A program made the translations under genes and the position numbers. Positions 35,325 through 47,278 of a stretch of DNA of 64,000 nucleotides are shown piece after piece; position 1 is the first letter of the stretch; each line of letters begins with the position of its first letter. The notes beneath the pieces were generated by a model. The model had not been told where the DNA came from. It did no database searches and was given only the letters and a program-made list of their open reading frames with translations. This DNA is from Limnochordia bacterium (lineage in GTDB: Bacteria > Bacillota > Limnochordia > DTU080): positions 288,001-352,000 of the forward strand of contig JBMNJG010000012.1 of the NCBI GenBank assembly GCA_050951545.1. The letters run 5' to 3'.

Positions 35325-35846
35325 CTACCTTAGTGCCGAGCGCCGTGATGCGGGTGCTTTCGCTTTCTGCTTGGGTCCCCGTACCAAGGCGATCTTGCCC
35401 GTGCGTGCGAGCTCCTTAATGCCGTATGGATGCAGAAGCTGCACCATGGCATCCACCTTTCCTTCATCGCCAGTGACTTCCACGATGACGGAGTGCTCGC
35501 TTACGTCCACTATCCGAGCCCGAAAGATATCGACTATCTGTAGAATTTCAGAACGGTTGCTCGCGTCGGCGGTCACCTTGATTAGTGCCAACTCCCGGTC
35601 CACTACATCCTCCGAAGTGATGTTAGAGACCCGCAGGACATCAATCAGTTTGTGGACGTTCTTGGTGATCTGCTCAACGATGGTCTCATCGCCTTCCACC
35701 ACAATCGTCATGCGCGATATCTCGGGATCCTCCGTAACACCTACGGCAATGCTTTCAATGTTGTAGCCACGCCGAGAGAACAGCCCTGCGACTCTTACCA
35801 AGACTCCCGAGCGGTTGTGTACCAGGATGGACAGAGTGTGTTTCAC
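35325..35846 (-). CDS. ilvN: Acetolactate synthase small subunit
   Basis: GLFSRRGYNIESI, RELALIKV, ELARTG. Confidence 0.96.
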   Translation of the reverse strand: MKHTLSILVHNRSGVLVRVAGLFSRRGYNIESIAVGVTEDPEISRMTIVVEGDETIVEQITKNVHKLIDVLRVSNITSEDVVDRELALIKVTADASNRSEILQIVDIFRARIVDVSEHSVIVEVTGDEGKVDAMVQLLHPYGIKELARTGKIALVRGPKQKAKAPASRRSALR

Positions 35847-35849
35847 GAG

Positions 35850-37571
35850 TCACCTTCCCTCCAAGCCGATCATGTCTTTGAGGGCTGCGCCGCTAGGAAC
35901 CATCGGAAGAACATCGGCCTCACGCGATACGTGGACATCGACCAGCGCCGGACCATCTATCGCTCGGGCCTGTTCGAGAGCGTCCCGTAGCTCATTCGCT
36001 TGAGTCACGCGGAAAGCGGGTACGCCATGGGCTGCGGCGAGTTTTACGAAATCAGGGTTCTGCATAAGATCCGAGTGGCTGTAGCGTTTGCCATAGAACA
36101 TCCCTTGCCATTGCCGCACCATACCCAGGTAGAAATTATTGCTGATGGCAATCTTCACAGGTATCTTGTAGCTGGCTACGGTGATGAGCTCCTGCGCGTT
36201 CATCTGGAAACTACCGTCGCCACTGAGACACCACACCTCCCGATTCGGGTTGCCCACTGCCGCACCGATGGCTGCAGGGAAGCCAAACCCCATCGTGCCC
36301 AATCCCCCAGAGGAAATGTGTCGCCGTGGCGCGTCGAATCTGTAGTACTGCGCTAGCCACATCTGGTGTTGGCCAACATCACTAGCCATGATCGCCTCGC
36401 CTTTGGTCACGGCGTAGATCTCCTCAACCAGTCGCTGAGGCATGATCTCCCCAGTACCTGGGTCGTCGTAACGAAGTGGGTACTGCTCCTTCCAACCTTG
36501 GATCTGCGACAGCCATTCGTGCTCTATCTTGCTATGTGTCTTTTCCACGAGGACCTGTAGCACTGCCCTGCAGTCGCCTACGATTGGAATGTCTACAGCC
36601 ACGTTTTTGCCGATCTCCGCCGGGTCAATGTCGATGTGGACAACCTGGGCACCTGGCGCGAAGCGTTCCAGACAGCCCGTAACTCGATCATCGAAACGTG
36701 CTCCTATGGCGATAAGCAGGTCACAGTGACAGACCGCCCAGTTGGCATAGGCCGTGCCGTGCATACCCAACATCCCCAGCGAAAGGGGGTGGTTGCCAGG
36801 AAATCCTCCCATACCCATCAGCGTAGTGGTCACTGGGATATGCGCCTTTTCAGCCAAAGCCTTTACTTGGTCATGTGCGTTTGAAGAGATCACACCGCCG
36901 CCCACATAGAGCACAGGACGCTTTGCCGCGGCGATTGCCCTCGCGGCCTCCAAGACTTGCCGCACATGACCCTCATAGGTTGGCTTGAAGCCGGGGACGT
37001 CGACATGGGTAGGGTAGCTGTACTCGACATCCTCTACACAGATATCCTTGGGGAGATCGACCAATACTGGACCAGGACGTCCAGCCGTCGCAATGTGAAA
37101 AGCCTCTTTGACTGTTCGAGCGAGCTCATGGACGCTACGGACCAGGAAGTTGTGCTTAGTGATCGGAAGCGTAATGCCAGTAATATCGGCCTCTTGGAAG
37201 GCATCTCGGCCAATCAGCGGTCGCGCCACGTTCCCGGTGAAAGCGACCACGGGAACCGAGTCCATCCATGCAGTGGCAATGCCAGTGACGAGATTGGTCG
37301 CTCCAGGCCCAGAGGTAGCAAGGCAGACCCCTGGACGCCCCGTCGAACGTGCGTATCCATCTGCAGCATGGGCGGCCGCTTGCTCGTGACGGACCAAAAT
37401 GTGCCGGATATCGGCGCTGTACAGCGCGTCGTATATGGGCAGCACAGCTCCACCGGGTAAGCCGAAAACCGTGGTTACTCCTTCATCGATCAGGGCCTGT
37501 ACAAAGGCCTGGGCTCCTTGGAGCATTTTAGCTCCTCCCCGTTTTCTTGCTGCGGCCAGCTCCATTGCCAT
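35850..37571 (-). CDS. ilvB: Acetolactate synthase large subunit
   Basis: FGLPGGAVL, RHEQAAAH, TSGPGATN, GDGSFQMN. Start is 37571 or 37526; the ORF extension to 37676 runs into the T-box. Confidence 0.96.
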   Translation of the reverse strand: MAMELAAARKRGGAKMLQGAQAFVQALIDEGVTTVFGLPGGAVLPIYDALYSADIRHILVRHEQAAAHAADGYARSTGRPGVCLATSGPGATNLVTGIATAWMDSVPVVAFTGNVARPLIGRDAFQEADITGITLPITKHNFLVRSVHELARTVKEAFHIATAGRPGPVLVDLPKDICVEDVEYSYPTHVDVPGFKPTYEGHVRQVLEAARAIAAAKRPVLYVGGGVISSNAHDQVKALAEKAHIPVTTTLMGMGGFPGNHPLSLGMLGMHGTAYANWAVCHCDLLIAIGARFDDRVTGCLERFAPGAQVVHIDIDPAEIGKNVAVDIPIVGDCRAVLQVLVEKTHSKIEHEWLSQIQGWKEQYPLRYDDPGTGEIMPQRLVEEIYAVTKGEAIMASDVGQHQMWLAQYYRFDAPRRHISSGGLGTMGFGFPAAIGAAVGNPNREVWCLSGDGSFQMNAQELITVASYKIPVKIAISNNFYLGMVRQWQGMFYGKRYSHSDLMQNPDFVKLAAAHGVPAFRVTQANELRDALEQARAIDGPALVDVHVSREADVLPMVPSGAALKDMIGLEGR

Positions 37572-37589
37572 GAAGAACCTCCCGACTAA

Positions 37590-37912
37590 TAAAAAAGACC
37601 TTCGCGCCCGAGGGAACACCTCGGGGCGAAAGCCTGCTTCGCGATACCACCCGATTCGCCACATACCTTGCAGCATGCAGCCTCAGAGTCCTCTTACTGG
37701 TAAGTAGGGGACAGCTGGATAACGGGTGCTTCCCAATAGGGTTCAACCCGGCGAGGTATACTCCAGCCAAGCCCCGGCTCTATGTGATGCCAGCCTCGCC
37801 GTTTCCACCTGCAGCTCAGGGGGGAGTTTCAGTTCACTGTGGGCGCCGACTCGCACCAGATGCCGGCTCTCTGCAACCCTTCCAGATGACCTACTTGACC
37901 CCGTCATCGCTT
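37590..37912 (-). promoter_or_regulatory. T-box riboswitch, probable Leu (CUC) specifier, with terminator
   Basis: Stem I with GA motif, AGUA, AGAGA and GGUG boxes and GAAA-CTC specifier; CCGTTA; T-box AATCGGGTGGTATCGCG; terminator hairpin followed by TTTTTT. Confidence 0.92.
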
Positions 37913-37975
37913 CTACGTACTGAACCGACGTGCTAATCGCTGCTATCCGTGCAGCCGTCGGTGAATGTTGTTTAG

Positions 37976-38004
37976 AGGATAGCTGACCAGTTGCTTCTTG
38001 TCAA
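37976..38004 (-). promoter_or_regulatory. Sigma-A promoter of the T-box/ilvB operon
   Basis: TTGACA-17 nt-TATCCT. Confidence 0.7.
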
Positions 38005-38018
38005 GGGGTCATTTCGGT

Positions 38019-39716
38019 CTATATCTTGAGAACTGCTCCAGTGTCAGCAGAGGTCACCATGCGCGCGTAGCGTGCCAGGTATCCGCGGTCAAGCTTCGGG
38101 GCAGGCGCTTGCCAGGCAGCTTTGCGGCGAGCCAGCTCCTGCTCAGAGAGTTCAACCGCAATGAGGCCTTTCTCGAGGTCGATGACCACCATATCTCCAT
38201 CTTGCAGAAGTCCGATGGGGCCTCCTGCAGCTGCTTCTGGTGAAATGTGACCAATCGAGATGCCACGGGTTCCTCCTGAAAAACGCCCATCAGTGATCAG
38301 AGCCACTTCCTTCTCCAGACCCATTCCGGCAATGGCAGCCGTGTGGCCCAGCATTTCGGGCATGCCCGGACCACCTCGCGGTCCTTCATAGCGGATGACG
38401 ATGACGTCCCCTGCCTTGGCACGGCCCTCGGAAATCCCGGCAAAGGCTTCCTCTTGCGAGTCAAAGATCACAGCTGGCCCTGCATGGCGCCGTACGGCTG
38501 GATCTACAGCTCCGCTCTTGATCACCGCACCGTCGGGAGCCAAGTTACCGAACAGCACTTGCAGCCCGCCCCACCCGCTGTACGGGTTTGAGAGCGGACG
38601 GATGACCTCAGCATTCAGCGAGTGAGCGGCTGCCACGTTTTGCCTCAGGCTGTGCCCGGTGACAGTCATGCACTCCCCGTGCAATGCATCCGGTTTCTTG
38701 AACAGTTCCCCCAAGATGGCGCTAATGCCCCCGGCCCGGTGTACATCCTCCATATGCCAGTTCGAAGCGGGACTTACCTTGCACAAGTGAGGTATGCGCT
38801 GGGCAACCTGGTTGAGTCGTTCTAGGGGGTAGTCCACGCCAGCCTCTTGGCACAGAGCTAACGTATGAAGAACGGTATTGGTTGAACCGCCCATAGCCAT
38901 GTCTAGAGCAAAGGCGTTATCGATGGCTTCCGCTGTGACGATATCGCGCGGCTTGAGATCCATCTCAATCAAGTGCATCAGGCGGTACGCCGCCTGCTTC
39001 GCCAACTCCAAGCGAGCGGGGTCGCGGGCCAAAATAGTCCCGTTCCCTGGCAATGCCATACCCAGAGCTTCACATAGGCAGTTCATCGAGTTGGCCGTGA
39101 ACATGCCTGAACACGAGCCACAACCTGGGCAACTGGCATCCTCGAGCCTCTTCAGTTGAATGTCGTCTATTTTGCCCGCTTGGTGCGCCCCGACACCCTC
39201 GAAGACCGATATCAGGTCGACGGGTTGGCCATCAAGCTGGCCAGCTTGCATGGGCCCACCGCTGACGAAGATTGTGGGAACATTTACCCGCAATGCGGCC
39301 ATGAGCATCCCCGGGACGATCTTGTCGCAGTTGGGAATACAGATCATCGCGTCAAAGCAATGAGCCATGAGCATCGTCTCTACCGTGTCAGCGATCAGCT
39401 CGCGGCTGGGAAGTGAATAGCGCATCCCGATGTGCCCCATGGCAATGCCGTCGTCAACACCTATGGTGTTGAACTCAAAGGGCACCCCCCCAGCTTCTCG
39501 GATAGCCTCTTTGACGGCCGTACCGAATGCCTGAAGATGCACATGCCCGGGAATGATATCTATGTATGAGTTGCAGACCGCCACGAACGGCTTATCCATG
39601 TCTTCATCGCGAACACCAGTAGCCTTCAGCAGACTGCGATGTGGTGCGCGCTCGACGCCGCGTGTGATGCGATCACTGCGCATAGCACGGTGCTCTGATT
39701 CCTTTGACATCCGCAT
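38019..39716 (-). CDS. ilvD: Dihydroxy-acid dehydratase
   Basis: [46 protein letters not shown]. Confidence 0.97.
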   Translation of the reverse strand: MRMSKESEHRAMRSDRITRGVERAPHRSLLKATGVRDEDMDKPFVAVCNSYIDIIPGHVHLQAFGTAVKEAIREAGGVPFEFNTIGVDDGIAMGHIGMRYSLPSRELIADTVETMLMAHCFDAMICIPNCDKIVPGMLMAALRVNVPTIFVSGGPMQAGQLDGQPVDLISVFEGVGAHQAGKIDDIQLKRLEDASCPGCGSCSGMFTANSMNCLCEALGMALPGNGTILARDPARLELAKQAAYRLMHLIEMDLKPRDIVTAEAIDNAFALDMAMGGSTNTVLHTLALCQEAGVDYPLERLNQVAQRIPHLCKVSPASNWHMEDVHRAGGISAILGELFKKPDALHGECMTVTGHSLRQNVAAAHSLNAEVIRPLSNPYSGWGGLQVLFGNLAPDGAVIKSGAVDPAVRRHAGPAVIFDSQEEAFAGISEGRAKAGDVIVIRYEGPRGGPGMPEMLGHTAAIAGMGLEKEVALITDGRFSGGTRGISIGHISPEAAAGGPIGLLQDGDMVVIDLEKGLIAVELSEQELARRKAAWQAPAPKLDRGYLARYARMVTSADTGAVLKI

Positions 39717-39729
39717 GACCTCCCGTGGG

Positions 39730-40149
39730 CTAGTTTCCGACGATGTTGGCTAGCCGTTTTCCAAGGTTCTCCGCGTCCACTGGCCTGGAGACAGCGGCGA
39801 AATCTTGAACCAAGGCACCTTGTTTTTCCAACTCAGCCATCAAAAGGCGCAGGCTGCGGGCGTTTCCCCACAGCAGTTTGGGCCGAACAAAGGCCACACA
39901 TGCTTTGCCTTCCAGGCGTGAGAGGCGTTTGAGCATTTGCCCGATGTCGTCCGCGATAGCACCACCGAAAAACCCAATCACCGGACTACCTACACAGACA
40001 AGATCGAATGGTGCGGCAGAGAAATGAATTGCAGAATCCTGTGCTTCAAGCAGCTGTACGTCGTAACCGACAGTCCGCAAACCACGCCCAAGCGCCTGAG
40101 CTAGCAAGGCCATACGTCCCACTGCACTGTAGACTACTAAAGCACGCAT
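39730..40149 (-). CDS. Flavodoxin-fold protein
   Basis: ALVVYS.., [18 protein letters not shown]; ATG start at 40149 after GGAGGTG. Confidence 0.65.
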   Translation of the reverse strand: MRALVVYSAVGRMALLAQALGRGLRTVGYDVQLLEAQDSAIHFSAAPFDLVCVGSPVIGFFGGAIADDIGQMLKRLSRLEGKACVAFVRPKLLWGNARSLRLLMAELEKQGALVQDFAAVSRPVDAENLGKRLANIVGN

Positions 40150-40196
40150 CTCGACACCTCCAACAGGCGCGCCCGACCATACCCGGAACCCTTTCG

Positions 40197-41648
40197 TCAA
40201 GGCAGGCTATACACTTGGCGAGCTGCACATATCTCCATAGCATACGAGCTAGATGAGATCGTGTCCCCCATCCCGACAGTGCTCACTGGATTGGTTACCA
40301 CGTGCGCTGGGGTCACCAGTACGTAGTGATCATCCTGTTCCCATGCCCCTTGGCCTAGGTAACGAGCCATATCACGCATCTCATGCGTGAAACCCTTCAG
40401 CTGCATGTCACCGATCTCTGAGAAAGGAATCTCCGCTGCAGCTGGCATGTCGCTTATGGTGGGGTATCCACCGTGCATCGCTTTCATGGCGTTCAGAGCG
40501 GAAGCGTACAGCGAGGCATCAATCACATCGTCGACCGAAATGAGGTACGGCTTGCGCAAAACGATCACGTAGTAGCCAAGGTTATGCAGATGCACTCGAT
40601 CGAGCTGGAGTTCACGAAGGAGCGCTAACGCACCTCTGTAGAGCGTATAGGCCCGTTCTGAGGCATCAATGTCATCTGCGAGTTTCTCGTAGCCCAGCTT
40701 ACGCAAGGCGCGGCGCACTTCATTCTCATTGATGCCGAAGCTGTTCACTTGCTCGCAGACGCTACGCAAGAGTTCACTCTCTAAGTCCTCATGCTTCAGA
40801 GGAACATACTCGTAGTGCATGCGTAGGCCCGGGTTGCAGCGAGTCAGATCACATAGAGACTGGCGAATGTACGCTAGATAGGAGACGAAGTCGCGTCCGT
40901 CGTTGTCGTGAGGGGCGGCATAGTGGTAACCCGCCATAAAGGCAACGTCTATGGCTTGGCCCAGTGATGTTAGGTGCGGGTCGAGCTCGTTGGAGAAGGC
41001 CATCACTGCCCCCTGGGGCCGAGTCGCCATGATCACCCGATTGGCCCGAGAGGTTGTGATCTGTTGTGTACCGAATTGGAACGTGACATCCTTCGCATAC
41101 TCAAATATCCAATTCACTTTCACCTCATCGCCCGGACGTGCCACTTGTCGTACAGGCAGCAATGAGAGCTGATCATCCAGCAATACTGGCGTAACAACAC
41201 GTTCGTCAAACATTTGCGCTTGCTCTGGCGGTAAGAGGCGGGTATAGACTACAGAGGTGGCCTGAAGAGCCGCCATCTGATTGGCGATGATCCCGGCCTG
41301 TCCCCCCATCCTCTCTACGCAGTCGCTGAAGACCTGTTTGATCCAGGGCAGCAACTCTTTTTCGACAACGATGTGACATGACTTTCCCTCGGCAAGCTGA
41401 ACACGCAGCACGTGCAAGAAGTCCGTGGGGGATTTTACCGAAACAGGCAACTCATCACAGGCCTTGCGCTCTACGAGAGCCAGATCCGCGCCGCTTTTCG
41501 CGATGGAATGCGAGAGAATCTCGGGTGATAGATGCACTACAGCATCAATATTGGTATTAAAAGCGGCAAAAGTACGCACTTGTGGGATGCGTGCGCTAAC
41601 ATTCCTGAGCCTCTCCTGCCAAAAGCCGCGATCTACCATATACTTCAC
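40197..41648 (-). CDS. ADP-dependent phosphofructokinase/glucokinase (PfkC family)
   Basis: FNTNIDAV, RMGGQAGIIAN, VNWIFEY, ANR, SFGINENE, HLHNLGYY, PVSTVGMGDTISS. Confidence 0.9.
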   Translation of the reverse strand: MKYMVDRGFWQERLRNVSARIPQVRTFAAFNTNIDAVVHLSPEILSHSIAKSGADLALVERKACDELPVSVKSPTDFLHVLRVQLAEGKSCHIVVEKELLPWIKQVFSDCVERMGGQAGIIANQMAALQATSVVYTRLLPPEQAQMFDERVVTPVLLDDQLSLLPVRQVARPGDEVKVNWIFEYAKDVTFQFGTQQITTSRANRVIMATRPQGAVMAFSNELDPHLTSLGQAIDVAFMAGYHYAAPHDNDGRDFVSYLAYIRQSLCDLTRCNPGLRMHYEYVPLKHEDLESELLRSVCEQVNSFGINENEVRRALRKLGYEKLADDIDASERAYTLYRGALALLRELQLDRVHLHNLGYYVIVLRKPYLISVDDVIDASLYASALNAMKAMHGGYPTISDMPAAAEIPFSEIGDMQLKGFTHEMRDMARYLGQGAWEQDDHYVLVTPAHVVTNPVSTVGMGDTISSSSYAMEICAARQVYSLP

Positions 41649-41825
41649 CTCGCTCGTTTGTCACGCCTTCTTGGCATGGGGCAAGAACCCTCACTTGGAG
41701 GGCTCGTAGCGCGCGACACTGTGCGGTTCATTAGAAGAACATGACGATTTATCATTTCTCCACCTGCTGCCAGATAACCTGCCATGTACACTGATAAGCG
41801 AGCCAAGCAGATCTGGCGTGCGTAT

Positions 41826-44800
41826 CTAGCTTCTCCCTGCCATGGCCAGATACTCCGATAGGCTGGCAGGCTCCAGGGCCTGTCCTGCTCGCCGCGCCCG
41901 TAGTACCTCCAAGACAGCTCTCGCTGTGTCAAGCGAGGTGAAACAAGGCACTTTGTACTCCACAGCTGTCCTGCGAATCTGGAAGCCATTGCGCTCCGGA
42001 ACCTTTCCCCGAGTAGGGGTATTGATGATCAGGTCCACCCGACCTTCCTTGATGTAGCTCAGTACGTTGGGTGTGCCTTCTGTTACTTTCTTTACTTGCT
42101 CCACACGCATTCCCAGAGCTTCCAGTGCCTTTGCTGTTCCCTCAGTAGCGACGAGCTGGTAGCCAAACGAGTAGAACTCCTGCAATAGCTCTATGCCTTC
42201 AGCCTTGTCTTTGTCCGCCAATGTCGCCAAAATGGTGCCGCCCGCCGGAATCGGAGCACCACTGGCAGCGATAGCTTTGAACAAGGCCGGATAGTACTCT
42301 CGCGCCATGCCGAGAACCTCGCCAGTCGATTTCATCTCTGGGCCCAGAAATACGTCTACTTCCCCGAGTTTCTCAAAGGAGAAGACGGGAGCTTTGACAG
42401 TCACGAATGGCGGAGGAGTCATGAGCCCGGTAGTGTACCCGTGACTTGCCAAGCTTTCTCCCAGCATGGCACGTGTAGCGAGTGCGACCATCGGAACTCC
42501 AGTGACCTTAGACATGAAGGGCACTGTCCGACTGGCCCGTGGATTGACCTCGAGCACGTACACACGGTCTTCATACACGACATACTGCACATTCATCAAG
42601 CCGACGATACCAAGGGCTCGGGCGATTTGCACAGTGTAGTCTGTGATGATCTGTTGTTCCCATTTGCCTAGAGTGCGGGGCGGGAAAACGGCGTTGGAGT
42701 CGCCAGAGTGCACCCCGGCCCGTTCAATGTGTTCCATGATACCGGGGATGACCACCGTATCACCGTCAGATATGGCGTCGACTTCGACCTCTTTACCCGC
42801 CAGGTAGCGGTCGATCAGAACCGGGTAGTCGGGCGTGACCTCTACCGCAAACTTCAGATACTCAAGAAGCTCTATCTCGTTATGGACAATCTCCATGGCG
42901 CGACCTCCAAGCACGTAGGAGGGACGCACTACCAATGGGAAGCCGAGTTTGAGGGCGACCCCCATGCCTTCCTCGAGTGAAGTGACCGTGCGTCCTTCAG
43001 CCTGAAGAATACCGCGCCTGCGAAGAAACCTCTCCCACTTGTCGCGATCTTCCGCCATGTCGATTGCTTCCACAGGCGTGCCTAGAATGCGTACTCCGGC
43101 CTCCATCAATGGACCAGCCAGGTTGATGGCAGTCTGACCACCAAATTGGACGATCACTCCGACAGGACGTTCCTTCTCGATGACGTTAAGCACGTCTTCA
43201 TATGTCAGCGGCTCAAAGTAGAGTCTGTCAGAGGTGTCGAAGTCTGTGCTCACCGTCTCCGGGTTATTGTTGATGATCACTGATTCATAGCCTGCAGCCT
43301 GCAGTGCCCATACGGAATGCACAGAGCAGTAGTCGAACTCGATTCCCTGACCAATACGGATAGGCCCTGAGCCAAGCACAATCACGTTTTGGCGTGTGGA
43401 GGGCTTTACCTCATCTACAGAGCCGTAGGTTGAGTAGTAGTAGGGCGAGATAGCATCAAATTCGGCAGCACAAGTGTCGACCATCTTGAACACAGGCGTG
43501 ATACCTCTGCGGTTTCGTTCGGCACGTACGTCGCCGAACGAGACTCCCACGAGTTCTGCCAAGCGGCGGTCAGCGATCCCCGCCGCCTTGGCGTTTCGCA
43601 GGAGTTTGACCCACGTCAGATCTTCGGCGGCGCGAAGCTCCTCTTCTAGCTTTACAATGCCTTCGAGCTGATGAACGAACCACGCGTCAATGTGGGTTTT
43701 CCCGCAGACCTCCTCGACAGGCATGCCGCGACGCAGCGCTTCTGCCATCACGAAAAGCCGACGATCATCAGGGATTTCCACGCGGCGGAAGACCTCGGCG
43801 TCGCTTACTTTGTCGATGCCCGGCAGTGACAGACTATGAAGGCCAATCTCCAATGAACGGACAGCCTTAAGCAACGCGCCCGCAAAGGAACGGTCGATGG
43901 CCATGACTTCGCCAGTCGCTTTCATCTGTGTCCCTAAGACACGGTTAGCTGACTCAAACTTGTCGAAAGGCCAGCGAGGAATCTTTACTACGCAGTAGTC
44001 TACCGCAGGCTCGAAACAAGCGGTCGTCTTTCCGGTGACTGCATTCTGAATCTCGGGCAAGGTCAAACCTGTGGCTATCTTGGCGGCCACCCTGGCGATA
44101 GGATACCCGGTCGCCTTTGAGGCCAGTGCAGAGCTACGGCTCACGCGCGGATTGACCTCGATGACGTAGTAATTCGCACTGTAGGGGTCGAGTGCAAACT
44201 GCACGTTGCAGCCGCCCTCGATACCCAACACACGGATGATGCGCAACGCAGCCGCACGCAGCATCTGATGCTCCCTATCAGACAGTGTTTGCGTCGGAGC
44301 TACAACGATCGAATCACCTGTATGGATCCCTATTGGGTCCAGGTTCTCCATGTTGCAGACCACAATGCAGTTGTCTGCACCGTCACGCATGACCTCGTAT
44401 TCTATCTCTTTCCAGCCAGCCACACTACGTTCCAAGAGCAGTTGGTGAATCAGGCTGTGTTTCAAGCCACGGCCAGCTATCTCGACTAGCCGCTCCGGTG
44501 TATCAGCGATACCTCCGCCCGTACCACCTAAGGTGTAGGCAGGACGGATAATCACCGGATAACCTATCGAATCGGCGAAGACTCGAGCTTCGTCCAGAGT
44601 GCTCACTATCGCCGATTCCGGCACTGGCTCTCCGATTTCTTGCATCGTAGCTTTGAACAGCTCGCGGTCTTCAGCCTTTTCGATGGCGGACAGAGGAGTG
44701 CCCAAAAGACGGACGTTGTAACGATCGAGCACCCCCGACTTGGCCAGATCAAAAGCCAGATTCAGGCCTGTCTGTCCGCCGAGGGTAGGCAAGAGACCTT

Positions 44801-45050
44801 CAGGCCGCTCTCTCGCCACGATCTGTGCTACCACATCCGACGTTAGCGGTTCCAGATACACCTTGTCTGCGATCCCCGGATCGGTCATGATGGTGGCTGG
44901 GTTGGAGTTGACTAACACAACCTCCAACCCCTCCTCACGCAGAGCCTTACATGCCTGCGTACCAGCATAATCGAATTCAGCGGCCTGCCCGATCACAATC
45001 GGCCCGGAACCTATCACCATAACGCGCCCTAGACCCTGGCGCCCGGTCAT
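41826..45050 (-). CDS. carB: Carbamoyl-phosphate synthase large subunit
   Basis: [15 protein letters not shown], two ATP-grasp halves, MGS domain. Confidence 0.98.
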   Translation of the reverse strand: MTGRQGLGRVMVIGSGPIVIGQAAEFDYAGTQACKALREEGLEVVLVNSNPATIMTDPGIADKVYLEPLTSDVVAQIVARERPEGLLPTLGGQTGLNLAFDLAKSGVLDRYNVRLLGTPLSAIEKAEDRELFKATMQEIGEPVPESAIVSTLDEARVFADSIGYPVIIRPAYTLGGTGGGIADTPERLVEIAGRGLKHSLIHQLLLERSVAGWKEIEYEVMRDGADNCIVVCNMENLDPIGIHTGDSIVVAPTQTLSDREHQMLRAAALRIIRVLGIEGGCNVQFALDPYSANYYVIEVNPRVSRSSALASKATGYPIARVAAKIATGLTLPEIQNAVTGKTTACFEPAVDYCVVKIPRWPFDKFESANRVLGTQMKATGEVMAIDRSFAGALLKAVRSLEIGLHSLSLPGIDKVSDAEVFRRVEIPDDRRLFVMAEALRRGMPVEEVCGKTHIDAWFVHQLEGIVKLEEELRAAEDLTWVKLLRNAKAAGIADRRLAELVGVSFGDVRAERNRRGITPVFKMVDTCAAEFDAISPYYYSTYGSVDEVKPSTRQNVIVLGSGPIRIGQGIEFDYCSVHSVWALQAAGYESVIINNNPETVSTDFDTSDRLYFEPLTYEDVLNVIEKERPVGVIVQFGGQTAINLAGPLMEAGVRILGTPVEAIDMAEDRDKWERFLRRRGILQAEGRTVTSLEEGMGVALKLGFPLVVRPSYVLGGRAMEIVHNEIELLEYLKFAVEVTPDYPVLIDRYLAGKEVEVDAISDGDTVVIPGIMEHIERAGVHSGDSNAVFPPRTLGKWEQQIITDYTVQIARALGIVGLMNVQYVVYEDRVYVLEVNPRASRTVPFMSKVTGVPMVALATRAMLGESLASHGYTTGLMTPPPFVTVKAPVFSFEKLGEVDVFLGPEMKSTGEVLGMAREYYPALFKAIAASGAPIPAGGTILATLADKDKAEGIELLQEFYSFGYQLVATEGTAKALEALGMRVEQVKKVTEGTPNVLSYIKEGRVDLIINTPTRGKVPERNGFQIRRTAVEYKVPCFTSLDTARAVLEVLRARRAGQALEPASLSEYLAMAGRS

Positions 45051-45105
45051 CTGTTCGCCCCCTTGAAAACTAGCGCATGCATCGACAGAGCTAGGCGATA
45101 AGAGC

Positions 45106-46323
45106 TCACTCTGCCTTAGTCTCCGTCTTGGCCATTGACTCCAGCACGTCTTCGAAGGTCGACAATGCTTCGTTCATCTGTGCTGTCGTGACATTTAGTG
45201 GTGGCAGAAGCCTCACGACTTGGGGCCCGGCAGTGATCAGCAGGAGCCCACGCTTCATGGCCTCTGAAACAAAGGATGCAGCGGGAACCTGCAGCTCAAC
45301 ACCGATCAAGCACCCGGCTCCGCGCACTTCTCCAATGAGCTTTGGATAGCGCTCAGCCATCAGACGGAGGGCATTCTGCAGATACTCACCAGCTGCAGCT
45401 GCCGCTGCCACCAGCTGCTCGTCTTCGATAGCCTGCATGGCTGCCAACGCGACGCGCGTGATGAAGGGACCGCCTCCAAAGGTCGAGGCATGGGTGCCGG
45501 GCTCGAATCCCTGGGCTACGCGATCGCTGGCCAGTGTACAACCTATCGGAAGTCCTCCGCCTAAGGCTTTGGCCATCGTGACGATGTCAGGCTTGACCCC
45601 ATAGTGTTCAGATGCGAACCACTTGCCCGTACGCCCCAATCCCGTCTGCACCTCGTCAAAGATCAGTGGAATGCCCGCTTCGTCGCACAGCTGCCGAGCC
45701 TGCTGCATGAACTCTATCGTACAAGGACGCACGCCGCCCTCGCCCTGTATAGGCTCTAACATGACAGCGGCAGAAGACGCACTGACCGCTCCCCGCAGTG
45801 CAGAACAATCGTTGAGCGGAATGTAGCGAAAGCCGGGTAGCAGTGGCTCAAAACCTTTCTGATACTTCGTTTGGCCAGTGGCAGTTACTGTGCCCAGCGT
45901 CCGTCCATGGAAGCTGTTCTCTGCCGTGATCACCTCAAAGCGGTCTGGGCTCACGAACAGCTTCACATAGCGCCGAGCCAGCTTGATAGCGGCCTCATTG
46001 GCCTCTGCTCCGCTATTACAGAAAAACGCCTTACCTAAGCCAGCTTTCTCCGTCAGAAAGGCTGCCAGTTGCGCTTGTGGCTCTATGTGGTACAGATTTG
46101 AGCAGTGCAGAATCTGGCTGGCTGCTTCGTGGATCGCTTCCACCACCTTCGGATGGCAGTGCCCCAACGAGTTTACAGCGATTCCACTCACAAAGTCTAG
46201 GTATTTTCTGCCGTCAGCATCCCACACCCAGCTACCTGCCCCTCGCACCAAAGCCAGTGGCAGACGGCCGTAGTTCCGCATGAGATGTGCCGAACTCATC
46301 TCGATGATCTCGCGCGTGTTCAC
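45106..46323 (-). CDS. argD: Acetylornithine aminotransferase
   Basis: [26 protein letters not shown]. Confidence 0.95.
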   Translation of the reverse strand: MNTREIIEMSSAHLMRNYGRLPLALVRGAGSWVWDADGRKYLDFVSGIAVNSLGHCHPKVVEAIHEAASQILHCSNLYHIEPQAQLAAFLTEKAGLGKAFFCNSGAEANEAAIKLARRYVKLFVSPDRFEVITAENSFHGRTLGTVTATGQTKYQKGFEPLLPGFRYIPLNDCSALRGAVSASSAAVMLEPIQGEGGVRPCTIEFMQQARQLCDEAGIPLIFDEVQTGLGRTGKWFASEHYGVKPDIVTMAKALGGGLPIGCTLASDRVAQGFEPGTHASTFGGGPFITRVALAAMQAIEDEQLVAAAAAAGEYLQNALRLMAERYPKLIGEVRGAGCLIGVELQVPAASFVSEAMKRGLLLITAGPQVVRLLPPLNVTTAQMNEALSTFEDVLESMAKTETKAE

Positions 46324-46350
46324 ATTGCTACCTCCAAGGCTCGCAAGCCT

Positions 46351-47217
46351 CTAGTTGATGACCATTGTGCCTATGCCTCGATCAGTAAATATCTCAAGCA
46401 AGAGTGAGTGCAGACCCCGACCGTCGATGATGTGCGTACGTGTCACACCGCTTTCCAGAGCCCGGATACAAGCTTCGACCTTGGGAATCATCCCGCCGGC
46501 GATGTGCCCTGTACTTATCATCTGCCTGGCCCGTTCCACTTTGAGCGCAGAGATGAGGGTGCTCGGGTCTTGTGGGTCGTCGGCTATGCCCTCTACGTCG
46601 GTGAGCATAATCAGCTTATCGGCTTTCAGAGCCGCAGCCAGTTCTCCGGCCACGGTGTCAGCATTGATGTTGTAGCTTTCTCCCTCGTAGCCAACGCCGA
46701 TAGGGGCGATAACCGGGATGTAGCCTTCATGGCTCAGTAGGTGGATCATCTCTGGGTTAACCTTCTCGACTTCTCCCACAAAACCGAGGTCTGTCTTAGA
46801 GGTCTCGCGCAGATACTTGCGGGCGATGATCAAGTTGCTGTCTTTGCCAGAAAGCCCTACGGCCTTTCCGCCGTAGAGGTTGATCATGCTCACGATCTCC
46901 TGGTTGATCTTTCCTACTAGTACCATCTGAGCAATATCCATCATGTCCGCATCGGTTACACGTAGCCCATCGACAAACTCAGATGTCTTTCCGAGTTGCT
47001 TAGCCATCTTGTTGATTTCCGGGCCGCCACCATGCACTAACACTGGCTTGACCCCAACGTATCTAAGCAGTATTACATCGAGGGTTACTGCCTTCTTTAG
47101 CTCTGGGTCAACCATGGCGTTGCCGCCATACTTGATCACAAAAGTTTTGCCGAAAAACGTACGGATATAGGGGAGTGCCTCAATGAGTACGCTTGCCTTC
47201 TCAACTAGACCGTTCAC
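46351..47217 (-). CDS. argB: Acetylglutamate kinase
   Basis: IKYGGNAM, VHGGGP, NINAD, GGMIPK; GTG start at 47217. Confidence 0.96.
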   Translation of the reverse strand: MNGLVEKASVLIEALPYIRTFFGKTFVIKYGGNAMVDPELKKAVTLDVILLRYVGVKPVLVHGGGPEINKMAKQLGKTSEFVDGLRVTDADMMDIAQMVLVGKINQEIVSMINLYGGKAVGLSGKDSNLIIARKYLRETSKTDLGFVGEVEKVNPEMIHLLSHEGYIPVIAPIGVGYEGESYNINADTVAGELAAALKADKLIMLTDVEGIADDPQDPSTLISALKVERARQMISTGHIAGGMIPKVEACIRALESGVTRTHIIDGRGLHSLLLEIFTDRGIGTMVIN

Positions 47218-47278
47218 CGCACCGCCTCCTTGATAAGCCCTGCTATGCTCCTTAACGACATACGCCATATTATCTGCA

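Noticed and set aside
37572-37676. N-terminal extension of the ilvB ORF or a leader peptide
   Set aside because: It runs through the T-box antiterminator and terminator and has no RBS.
41645-41989. 114-aa minus-strand ORF overlapping the carB end
   Set aside because: It overlaps carB out of frame and has no RBS or motifs.
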